This document shows positions 28,466 through 36,952 of a stretch of DNA of 64,000 nt, piece after piece; the stretch's first letter is position 1, and every line of letters starts with the position of its first letter. The notes below the pieces were generated by a model. The model was not told the origin of the DNA and made no database searches. It was given only the letters and a program-made list of their open reading frames with translations. The DNA lies in contig CAXXXD010000003.1 of assembly GCA_963663385.2 (NCBI GenBank), forward strand, positions 1,056,001 through 1,120,000, in the 5' to 3' direction. The position numbers were made by a program, and so were the translations under genes. Source of the DNA: Oceanispirochaeta sp. Lineage in GTDB: Bacteria; Spirochaetota; Spirochaetia; DSM-2461.

Positions 28466-30943
28466 ATGCTTAAGGTGAGAATCCCTCTGATCCTCGTGAT
28501 CCTGACAACACTTACTTTTACACTGACAGCCCAGGAGGAACCTGACTGGTATCAGGATAAACCCATACTGGATATCCGGTTCTCCGGACTGGATGCCGTT
28601 TCTGAAACCGAACTGAAAGGTCTCGTACGGCAATATGTATCTCTTAAGTTTACAGATGCTATTTCCTGGGAAATCCAGGGAAAACTATATGCCCTGGAGT
28701 ATTTTGACCTTATACTGCCTCAGGCTCTGCCGGGCGATCCCAATAACAATACGGTTATTCTGGAATTTCAGGTTAAGGAAAAACCGGTAGTAAAAGAGAT
28801 TGTCTTTACAGGTAATAACCGCATCAGAAAAGGTGAGCTTCTTGATAACATTCTTCTTACAAAAGGGGATATGGTTAATAAGTCATCCATAAAGCTGGAT
28901 GCTCAATCAATCGAAACTCTCTATATTGAAAAGGGTTACATTGATGCGGAAGTCAGTTATGCCATAGAAAAAGATGAAGAGAACAATACGGCTTCCATTG
29001 TCTTTGATATTCTGGAAGGGGATCAGACAACGATCAGCAAAATTCTTTTTTCCGGTAATGATAAACATGTTACAACAAAAACCCTGCAGGGGTTGATGAA
29101 AACCAAACCACAGTCTTTGTTTCATAAAGGCGTCCTTATGGAGAATCAGCTTCAGGAAGATATCCTGGCAATCGAGTACTACTACTGGGACAGAGGTTAT
29201 ATGGACGCTGAAGTCAAGGATGTTGTAAAAGACATTGTCCGGGATGAAGTGGAGGGTGTTAACAATTTGATTATCACTCTTGTTATTACGGAAGGAGAGG
29301 CTTACACATTCGGCGGGATTACTTTCGAAGGGAATGATCTTTATACTGATGAGGAGCTGTCGGGGATGATCTCCCAGAAAAAAGGTGAGATCTTTAATAA
29401 GACCCGTTTTCAGACAGATTATCAAAAGGTTACCGACAAGTACTATGAAAACGGCTATATTTACAACTCCTTTTCCTACGATGAAATACGGGATGAAGAA
29501 GCAAGAACTGTGCGTTATGAAGTCTCTATTACAGAAAGGGACAGGGCTCATATAGAGAATATTGTCATTCGCGGAAACGATAAAACGAAAGATTCCGTTA
29601 TCGTCCGTGAACTGCCGTTCGAAGTGGGAGATGTGTTCAATAAGGCCGTTGTTCTGGAGGGAATGACAAATCTGTTCAATACACAGTACTTTGCTGCTGT
29701 TAATCCCCAGACATACCCCGGTAGCGAGGATGGCCTTATGGACATCGTTGTTGATGTGGAAGAGGGAAAAACAGCCAATATCATTTTCGGTATCACCTTT
29801 TCCGGCGGAACGGAATTCCCCATGGCGGGAACTCTGCAGTGGAATGACACCAACTTTCTGGGGAATGGAACAACCGTCGGGATTGAATCAACCGTTTCTC
29901 CTCAGAAACAGTCAGTTTCTCTTACCTATACAGAACCCAGGATGTTTGATACAAGGTGGGGTGTGGGGTATGATCTGACTTATGCCCACTCCTCTGACAC
30001 ATCGGTCTATCAGGATCTAGATGGTGACGGTGTAATTGATCCCTATGTAACCTATAGCGATTTTGAAAACAACGATAAGGTTGTTCCCTCCGACTATCTG
30101 ATGGAATATGACTCACATGATATTTCCGCTGGTGTCAATACAGGTTATACCTGGCATACGGGAATCGGCCGGCTTAGTACGTATACGGGATTCCGCGCCG
30201 GTTTTGAATATGTGGATTATGATGAAGATATTTTCAGACCCTGGAGCAGTGATCTCCGGAAAAATCACCATACATGGCTTTATGATGACAGCTGGTGGGT
30301 GAAAGGCGCCTGGGATACCCGGGATTATGTTGGCAACCCGTCATCCGGTTTTGTTTTCAGTGAAACCGTAACCCTTGCAGGAGTATCTCCTCAGTCGACA
30401 AAGGATTATCTCAAAAGTGTAACCCGCGGTCAGGTGAATTTTACCCTCTTTGATATACCCCTGAGCGAGGATTTCAACTTTAAATCCGTCCTCTCTTTTA
30501 ACTCGGCATTCTCCTATTTAACGGAAAAGCCCTGGCAGGCGGAAGATACGGTCGATCCCCAGGAAGATGGTTTTTACGCAGATGGTATGTTTATTGCCCG
30601 CGGCTGGTATCCGGAAAGAGACGGTCAATCCCTGTGGGATAATACGGCAACCCTGAAGTTTCCCCTGATTCCGAATATTCTGGCTTATGATATTTTTCTG
30701 GATGGTGTAGGGTTGTGGAAATCCAAGGAGTATCTGGATGAAATGTCTCTTCCGGACTTCAAGTTCAGTCTCGGTACAGGAATCCGGTTTGATAATCCCC
30801 AGTTTCCCATTGGTATATATGTGGTGAAAAAGTTCCAGTTTGAAGAAAACGGTGATATAAACTGGAATCCCGAGCCGGACTATGTGACTTTTGATAACGG
30901 GAACCTGAACCTTGTTATCTCTTTTGGAATTGATATTTATTGA
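28466..30943 (+). CDS. bamA: Outer-membrane protein assembly factor BamA
   Basis: POTRA repeats (VKEKPVVKEIVFTGN, IVIRGNDKTKDSVIVREL); DTNFLGNG; spirochaete-type GMFIARGW. Confidence 0.96.
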   Translation: MLKVRIPLILVILTTLTFTLTAQEEPDWYQDKPILDIRFSGLDAVSETELKGLVRQYVSLKFTDAISWEIQGKLYALEYFDLILPQALPGDPNNNTVILEFQVKEKPVVKEIVFTGNNRIRKGELLDNILLTKGDMVNKSSIKLDAQSIETLYIEKGYIDAEVSYAIEKDEENNTASIVFDILEGDQTTISKILFSGNDKHVTTKTLQGLMKTKPQSLFHKGVLMENQLQEDILAIEYYYWDRGYMDAEVKDVVKDIVRDEVEGVNNLIITLVITEGEAYTFGGITFEGNDLYTDEELSGMISQKKGEIFNKTRFQTDYQKVTDKYYENGYIYNSFSYDEIRDEEARTVRYEVSITERDRAHIENIVIRGNDKTKDSVIVRELPFEVGDVFNKAVVLEGMTNLFNTQYFAAVNPQTYPGSEDGLMDIVVDVEEGKTANIIFGITFSGGTEFPMAGTLQWNDTNFLGNGTTVGIESTVSPQKQSVSLTYTEPRMFDTRWGVGYDLTYAHSSDTSVYQDLDGDGVIDPYVTYSDFENNDKVVPSDYLMEYDSHDISAGVNTGYTWHTGIGRLSTYTGFRAGFEYVDYDEDIFRPWSSDLRKNHHTWLYDDSWWVKGAWDTRDYVGNPSSGFVFSETVTLAGVSPQSTKDYLKSVTRGQVNFTLFDIPLSEDFNFKSVLSFNSAFSYLTEKPWQAEDTVDPQEDGFYADGMFIARGWYPERDGQSLWDNTATLKFPLIPNILAYDIFLDGVGLWKSKEYLDEMSLPDFKFSLGTGIRFDNPQFPIGIYVVKKFQFEENGDINWNPEPDYVTFDNGNLNLVISFGIDIY

Positions 30944-30997
30944 TCAGGTTCCCTGAATCTGTTTTAATAACATAACCCGAAACTCTGGAGTGATAAA

Positions 30998-31519
30998 ATG
31001 AAAAAAGCAGTTGTTGTACTGATGATTCTACTGGCGGGACTGACCATGATTCCTGCAGAAAACATAACCAAGGTGGCTGTACTGGATTATTCCCGCATCC
31101 TGTCCGCTTTTTATAAGGATTCTCAGGCCGTTCGAGAGCTGGAAGAGCTTAAAAGTCAGTTTCAGGATGAGAGCCTGAAAATCCAGGACGAGATTAAAAT
31201 TCTGGATGCCCGGAAACTGGATGCAGAGAATAACGGTAACAACAGTCTGGCTCTCGAGCTGGATAATGAAATTTTCAAAAAGAAAAACTACCTGAGAGAT
31301 TATATCCGGGTAAAGAACGCCCAGCTTTCTGAAATGAACAGGAGCCTCAGTCAGAATATGACACTTGTCAATGAAATTAACGAGGAAATTCAGTATGTTG
31401 CGGAAAGCAACGGGTATTCACTGGTATTTAAAAAATCTGATCCCAGCCTTTTGTGGTGGAACTATGAGGTTGATATTACAGATCAGGTAATTCAGAGGCT
31501 GATGAGCCGTATCCGGTAA
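30998..31519 (+). CDS. skp: OmpH/Skp periplasmic chaperone
   Basis: Signal peptide, KVAVLD, coiled coil, VAESNGYSLVF, VDITDQVI. Confidence 0.92.
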   Translation: MKKAVVVLMILLAGLTMIPAENITKVAVLDYSRILSAFYKDSQAVRELEELKSQFQDESLKIQDEIKILDARKLDAENNGNNSLALELDNEIFKKKNYLRDYIRVKNAQLSEMNRSLSQNMTLVNEINEEIQYVAESNGYSLVFKKSDPSLLWWNYEVDITDQVIQRLMSRIR

Positions 31520-31534
31520 TCAAAAGATTAATAC

Positions 31535-34108
31535 ATGTCTGAAAATACCCCGATGATGCGGCAGTATCTGTCCATCAAGGAGAAACACAAAGACTCGGTA
31601 CTCTTCTTCCGCATGGGAGACTTTTATGAAATGTTCAAGTCTGACGCGGAAGAGGTCAGCCGTATCCTCAATCTTACACTGACCAAGCGTCATGGGATTC
31701 CTATGTGCGGGATACCCTATCATGCGGCTCAGAACTATATCGGCCGGCTGCTGCAGGCCGGAAAGAAAATAGCCATTTGCGAGCAGATCTCCCTTCCAAA
31801 AGACGGGAAAGGTATTGCAAAACGGGATGTGGTTGAAATAATCACGCCCGGAACAGTTGTGGATGAGTCTTATCTGGATAAAAGATCCAATAACTATCTG
31901 GCAGCCATCGGCCGGATCAGGAAGGAGATGGTTTTTTCCTATGTGGATCTTTCTACCGGTGAATTCTGGGCAACCTCCTTTTCTGGTGACCATCAGGAGG
32001 ATTTTGTCAGAAAAGAGATCGGCCGCCTGAATCCCCGGGAGATCCTGCTTCAGGAATCCCTTATGGAAATGGCCTTTTTCCGCTCTCTGGCCAGCCGGCC
32101 GGCACTTGTGCTGAATAAAATGCCCGATTGGCTTTTTGACCGGGAGAGCAGTTATCAGAGCCTGAAGGACCAGTTCCATGTTTCCAATCTGAAGGGGTTC
32201 GGTTTTCAGGAAAAAGATCCTGCTCTTGCCGCTTCCGGAGTGCTTCTGGACTATCTTAAAGACACTGCCCGTCATTATCTGACTCATCTCAAAGGGATTA
32301 AACGATATGAAGATGATCGTTTTGTCTCTCTGGATGAGGCTACCCAGAAGAACCTTGAACTGTTGCGGAATATGAATGACGGTTCTCCTTCCTACACTCT
32401 CCTCAGTGTTCTTGATGAGACTCAGACCTCCATGGGAGCCCGGATGCTGCGACACTGGATAATGAATCCCCTCCGGTATACGGATGATATTGTCTACAGG
32501 CAGGAACGGGTTAAAAAATTCTATCATAATCAGCTGTTGATGCAGAATGTTAGAACCGTCCTGTCCGGGATTCTGGATGTTGAAAGGCTGACTGCCCGTA
32601 TCGGTTTGGATAAAGCTCATGCAAAAGATCTCCTCTCTCTCAGGATCTCTCTTGAAAAAATCTTCAGTATCGAAGACCGTATAAACAGGGAAGAACCGGA
32701 TCTGCAGGTGTGCACCGTACAGCAGAGAGTGGTTCTGGCGGAAATATGTGATCATCTTAAGCAGGCAATTTCTGATGAACCCTCTATCCTGCTTCATGAG
32801 GGTAAGATGATACGGGATGGTTTTCATGCAGAGCTGGATGAGTTGAAAACGCTGAAAAATCACAGCCGCCGGATCCTGGATGACTACCTGCAGGGGATAA
32901 AGGATGAAACAGGAATAAACAACCTCAAGCTTAAATATAATAAAATTATCGGCTATTTTCTGGAAGTCTCAAAAGGGCAGGTCGATTCTGTTCCCGAAAG
33001 TTTTATCAGGCGACAGTCTCTGGTAGGGGCTGAACGTTATACAACCGATAAACTGGGAGATCTTGAGAGCAGTATCAACTCATCCTCCGAAAAGATCATT
33101 GAGTTGGAACGCAGCCTTTTTATTGAAATCCGGGACAACCTGAAGCAGCATATTCCCCTTCTTCAGGATGTCTGTCAGAAACTGGCAGAGCTTGACTGTT
33201 ACGAGTCCCTTGCCTATACAGCGACAACCCGCGGATACAGTTGTCCCGAAATTCTTGATAATAAGGAACTGGATATACAGGGAGGGCGGCATCCGGTTGT
33301 GGAAGCCTATCTGCCCCAGGGCGAATTCATTCCCAATTCATCAACTCTGATTGACGGGAAAGGCTATTTTGCCCTGATCACAGGACCCAATATGGCTGGT
33401 AAGTCCACCTATCTGCGACAAACTGCTTTAATTGTTCTCATGGCCCAGATCGGTTCCTTCATACCGGCTGATCAGGGACGGATAGGGACCGTTGACAAGA
33501 TATTCTGCCGGGTAGGTGCGTCGGACAATCTGGCCAGGGGAGAATCCACTTTTCTGGTTGAAATGAACGAAACCGCTCATATCCTGAGAAATGCTTCTGA
33601 GCGCAGCCTGGTTATTATGGATGAAATCGGAAGAGGCACCAGCACAAATGACGGCCTTTCCATAGCCTGGAGTATTGCCGAGTTTCTTTTGGATGAAGTA
33701 TCCTGCAAGACTCTGTTTGCCACCCATTATCATGAACTTACCGGGCTCCATCATCCTTCTCTCTGTAATCTGTCTCTCTCTGTCAGGGAAACAGGCGAGG
33801 ATATTGTTTTCCTGAAGAAAATCAAGGAAGGGCCGGCCAATAACTCTTATGGTATTCATGTCGCTTCTCTTGCCGGTCTGCCCGGATCAGTTGTAAACAG
33901 GGCCCGGCAGATTCTCAGCTCAATGGAAATAAACGGATCCGGTAAGGAAATGGCCGTTCCGGATGCTGCGGTAGAGGAACCTTTTCAGCAGAACCTGTTT
34001 AACGGGGATGAGATTGTACTGGATCAGCTGCGGAATCTTAATTTGAACCAGATGACACCGCTTGACGCCCTGATTACTTTAAACGCTCTTCAGAAAAATC
34101 TTAAATAA
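31535..34108 (+). CDS. mutS: DNA mismatch repair protein MutS
   Basis: TPMMRQY, FFRMGDFYEMF, ITGPNMAGKSTYLRQ, GESTFLVEM, DEIGRGTST. Confidence 0.98.
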   Translation: MSENTPMMRQYLSIKEKHKDSVLFFRMGDFYEMFKSDAEEVSRILNLTLTKRHGIPMCGIPYHAAQNYIGRLLQAGKKIAICEQISLPKDGKGIAKRDVVEIITPGTVVDESYLDKRSNNYLAAIGRIRKEMVFSYVDLSTGEFWATSFSGDHQEDFVRKEIGRLNPREILLQESLMEMAFFRSLASRPALVLNKMPDWLFDRESSYQSLKDQFHVSNLKGFGFQEKDPALAASGVLLDYLKDTARHYLTHLKGIKRYEDDRFVSLDEATQKNLELLRNMNDGSPSYTLLSVLDETQTSMGARMLRHWIMNPLRYTDDIVYRQERVKKFYHNQLLMQNVRTVLSGILDVERLTARIGLDKAHAKDLLSLRISLEKIFSIEDRINREEPDLQVCTVQQRVVLAEICDHLKQAISDEPSILLHEGKMIRDGFHAELDELKTLKNHSRRILDDYLQGIKDETGINNLKLKYNKIIGYFLEVSKGQVDSVPESFIRRQSLVGAERYTTDKLGDLESSINSSSEKIIELERSLFIEIRDNLKQHIPLLQDVCQKLAELDCYESLAYTATTRGYSCPEILDNKELDIQGGRHPVVEAYLPQGEFIPNSSTLIDGKGYFALITGPNMAGKSTYLRQTALIVLMAQIGSFIPADQGRIGTVDKIFCRVGASDNLARGESTFLVEMNETAHILRNASERSLVIMDEIGRGTSTNDGLSIAWSIAEFLLDEVSCKTLFATHYHELTGLHHPSLCNLSLSVRETGEDIVFLKKIKEGPANNSYGIHVASLAGLPGSVVNRARQILSSMEINGSGKEMAVPDAAVEEPFQQNLFNGDEIVLDQLRNLNLNQMTPLDALITLNALQKNLK

Positions 34109-34148
34109 TTTCCTTTTTTCAATTATATAACTCTTTTCCGGCCTATTA

Positions 34149-34856
34149 ATGATTATGATTCTGGATAATATTCTCTGTAACAATTACTGTTACTTTTGCG
34201 GTATTCCCCTTTTGGGCGATCTATCGGTCTGCACTGATTGCATTGAAAAAATAAGTTCGGCCAGAAAGGCATTCCCGGTTTGTCCTCACTGTTCATTTCC
34301 GTTTGTTTTAAAAGAAAAAGAGTGTGCCTACTGTCATCTTTTACCGGAATCCATTGATAGATTGATGGCGCTTTCCGGTTTTCAGGGAGTCAATAGAGAG
34401 CTTCTTTACCTCTATAAATCGGGCAGGATGAAAAACCTGCGGTATTACTATGCCGACAGGCTTCATAACCTGTTCCTTCATGCCTGGTCGGCAGATAAAG
34501 AGGTGCGGATCGTCCCTGTACCCCCCAGAAAAAATAAAATTCGAAAACAGGGGTGGGATCAGATCCGACTGCTTGCGCGCACTCTGCAGAAAAAATACGA
34601 TTATAAAACGGCGGATATCCTGGTAAGAAAAGATGCTGTACAGCAGAAATCTCTAAGCAGAGAGGACAGGCTTCATCACCTTCAGGAAAATATCGAATTA
34701 AAACGGGGGGGAGCAACCCATTTAAAGAAAGTTGAAATACTGGTAATTCTGGATGATGTGTTTACAACCGGCGCAACTCTGTCAGCCTGTGCATCGGTCC
34801 TGAAAAACGAATATTCCCTGCCCGTAAATGCGGCTGTATTGTGCTCTGTTACTTAA
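34149..34856 (+). CDS. comF: ComF family protein (zinc ribbon + PRTase fold)
   Basis: Four CxxC pairs; IVPVP; VILDDVFTTGATL. Confidence 0.9.
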   Translation: MIMILDNILCNNYCYFCGIPLLGDLSVCTDCIEKISSARKAFPVCPHCSFPFVLKEKECAYCHLLPESIDRLMALSGFQGVNRELLYLYKSGRMKNLRYYYADRLHNLFLHAWSADKEVRIVPVPPRKNKIRKQGWDQIRLLARTLQKKYDYKTADILVRKDAVQQKSLSREDRLHHLQENIELKRGGATHLKKVEILVILDDVFTTGATLSACASVLKNEYSLPVNAAVLCSVT

Positions 34857-34871
34857 GCCTTTGATATACCG

Positions 34872-34900
34872 TTGACACAGCAGGTATAAATTGTTATTCT
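34872..34900 (+). promoter_or_regulatory. Sigma70 promoter of rimP-nusA-infB
   Basis: TTGACA-17 nt-TATTCT with TG extension. Confidence 0.8.
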
Positions 34901-34927
34901 TAATCAAAATTTATGGCATCTTGATTG

Positions 34928-34954
34928 AGGAGCCCCTTGCAGGCTCCTTTTTTT
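34928..34954 (+). promoter_or_regulatory. rimP-leader attenuator hairpin
   Basis: AGGAGCC-7 nt loop-GGCTCCT with a T7 tract, between the promoter and rimP. Confidence 0.75.
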
Positions 34955-35465
34955 GGATCAAAATACTTTACTAAAGATAAGTTGGTCTGCGGATGCTTTG
35001 GGAAACAGGAATTTGAAAGATATAGAAAAGAAAATTCTGGATGATATAGAACCGCTTCTCGAATCAATGGGGATCTCTGTTGTAGAGATAAATGCTGCGG
35101 TTGTTAACCGGAAATTTACCATTCGACTGGTTATTTTTCAGGAAAATGGGGTCACCCTGAAAGATTGCGAGGCTGTTCATCGAGTTATACAGCCCCGTTT
35201 GGAGCTTCTCCTGGAATCCCGGGAACCTGCCATGGAGATTACATCTCCCGGGATTGACCGTAAAATCAAAAGCAGCCGGGAGTATCAGATATTCAAGGGC
35301 AAGGCCCTGCGCCTGCTTCTGGAAGATCAGTCTGAATGGATTGGTGGTTGGATTCAGGATTGTACAGCGGATAATCTTATCCTGAAAATTGATGACGAAG
35401 AGAGAGAAATACCATTGAATACAATAAGAAAGGCAAAACTCGATTATACCATGGAGGCCCGTTAA
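34953..35465 (+). CDS. rimP: Ribosome maturation factor RimP (true start possibly TTG 35013)
   Basis: GVTLKDC..V, MEITSPGIDRKI, IRKAKL; upstream of nusA. Confidence 0.9.
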   Translation: MDQNTLLKISWSADALGNRNLKDIEKKILDDIEPLLESMGISVVEINAAVVNRKFTIRLVIFQENGVTLKDCEAVHRVIQPRLELLLESREPAMEITSPGIDRKIKSSREYQIFKGKALRLLLEDQSEWIGGWIQDCTADNLILKIDDEEREIPLNTIRKAKLDYTMEAR

Positions 35466-35468
35466 GTT

Positions 35469-36944
35469 ATGACAGCAGATTTTGCAGAAGCAATTCGCCA
35501 GCTACAGCAGGAACGAGGGATTACCGAAGAACTGGTTCTTAAAACGATAGAAGATTTTCTGATGGCGGCTTATAAAAGAAAATACGGAACATCTGATAAC
35601 GCGGTAGTTCGTTTTAATGATGATAATTCTGATGTATCCATCTATGCCAAGAAGATGATTGTTACAGAGGATGATTATTACGATCCTGTTTGTGAGATCC
35701 TTCTTGAAGATGCTCTTGAATACAATGAGGAAAGTGAACTGGGGGATGAGATCCTGATAAAGATTGATCCCAGCGAGTTTGATCGTCTTGCTGTTCAGAG
35801 TGCCAAGCAGAGAGCCCGTCAGGACCTGCGGGAAATCCAGAAGGATACCCTTTATTCCGAGTTCAAGGATAAAGTCGGTGAGATGATTATCGGTTACTAT
35901 CAGAGAGAAAAGAACGGTAACATCTTTGTCGATCTTGGCAGAACAGAAGGGATCCTTCCCAAACGTTTCCAGTCTCCCCGGGAAGAGTACAATGTGGGAG
36001 ACCGGATCAAAGCTCTTATCAGTGAAGTAAACAAAACACCTTCGGGACTGCAGATCGTTCTTTCAAGGACTCACTCTGATTTTGTAAAACGTATTTTTGA
36101 ACTGGAAGTTCCGGAAATCTATGATAATACGATTGAGATTCATAAAATCGTACGTGAAGCAGGATACAGAACAAAAATAGCCGTTATATCCAACAGGGAT
36201 GATGTAGATCCGGTTGGAGCCTGTGTCGGATTGAAGGGTGTAAGGATCCAGGCCATCGTCAGAGAGCTTGAAGGGGAGAAAATCGATATCCTGAAATTTG
36301 ATCCGGATCCTCAGGGCTTTATCAAAAATGCCCTGTCTCCCGCAGAAGTGGCGGATGTCATAATCCTGGATGGGGCAAAAAGACAGGCTCTTGCCATTGT
36401 TCCGGATCAGCAGCTCTCACTTGCCATCGGTAAACAGGGCCTGAATGTCCGTCTGGCCAACAGGCTTGTAGACTGGAGTATCGATGTTAAAACGGTAGAG
36501 CAGTTTGAAGAAATGGATATGTCTCAGGAAATATCCAAAGCTGCTTCCGAGCTTTTCAATGATCTTGATGAGAGTGAAGAAGAAATTACAAGGATCGAGG
36601 AATTGCCCAATATTCCCGAAAGAGTCATTGCCCTTCTTAAAGAGAACGGTATTGATTTGATAGAAACACTGGTTAATATGAATCTGGAAGAGCTGAAATC
36701 TTTCGAAGGAATCAACGGAGAAGATATTGAACTGATCCGCGGAATAATAGATGATAATGTTGAAATTGTGGAAAGTAACAATGATGAGGATGTTGAAGAG
36801 GAAGTCGTTATTGAAGATGACGAAGCCTATGAGTGTCCTGAGTGTGGCGCTGCAATTACATTGGATATGACGGTTTGTCCCAGCTGTGGAGTCGGGTTGA
36901 GCTTTGAAATAGAAGAAATTGAACAGGATGAAGAACAGGATTAA
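35469..36944 (+). CDS. nusA: Transcription factor NusA with a C-terminal zinc-ribbon extension
   Basis: S1/KH motifs ([31 protein letters not shown]); CPECG..CPSCG tail. Confidence 0.98.
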   Translation: MTADFAEAIRQLQQERGITEELVLKTIEDFLMAAYKRKYGTSDNAVVRFNDDNSDVSIYAKKMIVTEDDYYDPVCEILLEDALEYNEESELGDEILIKIDPSEFDRLAVQSAKQRARQDLREIQKDTLYSEFKDKVGEMIIGYYQREKNGNIFVDLGRTEGILPKRFQSPREEYNVGDRIKALISEVNKTPSGLQIVLSRTHSDFVKRIFELEVPEIYDNTIEIHKIVREAGYRTKIAVISNRDDVDPVGACVGLKGVRIQAIVRELEGEKIDILKFDPDPQGFIKNALSPAEVADVIILDGAKRQALAIVPDQQLSLAIGKQGLNVRLANRLVDWSIDVKTVEQFEEMDMSQEISKAASELFNDLDESEEEITRIEELPNIPERVIALLKENGIDLIETLVNMNLEELKSFEGINGEDIELIRGIIDDNVEIVESNNDEDVEEEVVIEDDEAYECPECGAAITLDMTVCPSCGVGLSFEIEEIEQDEEQD

Positions 36945-36952
36945 GGTGGTAT

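Noticed and set aside
31520..32863. 447-aa antisense ORF opposite mutS
   Set aside because: Shadow ORF of a conserved gene; no motifs or SD
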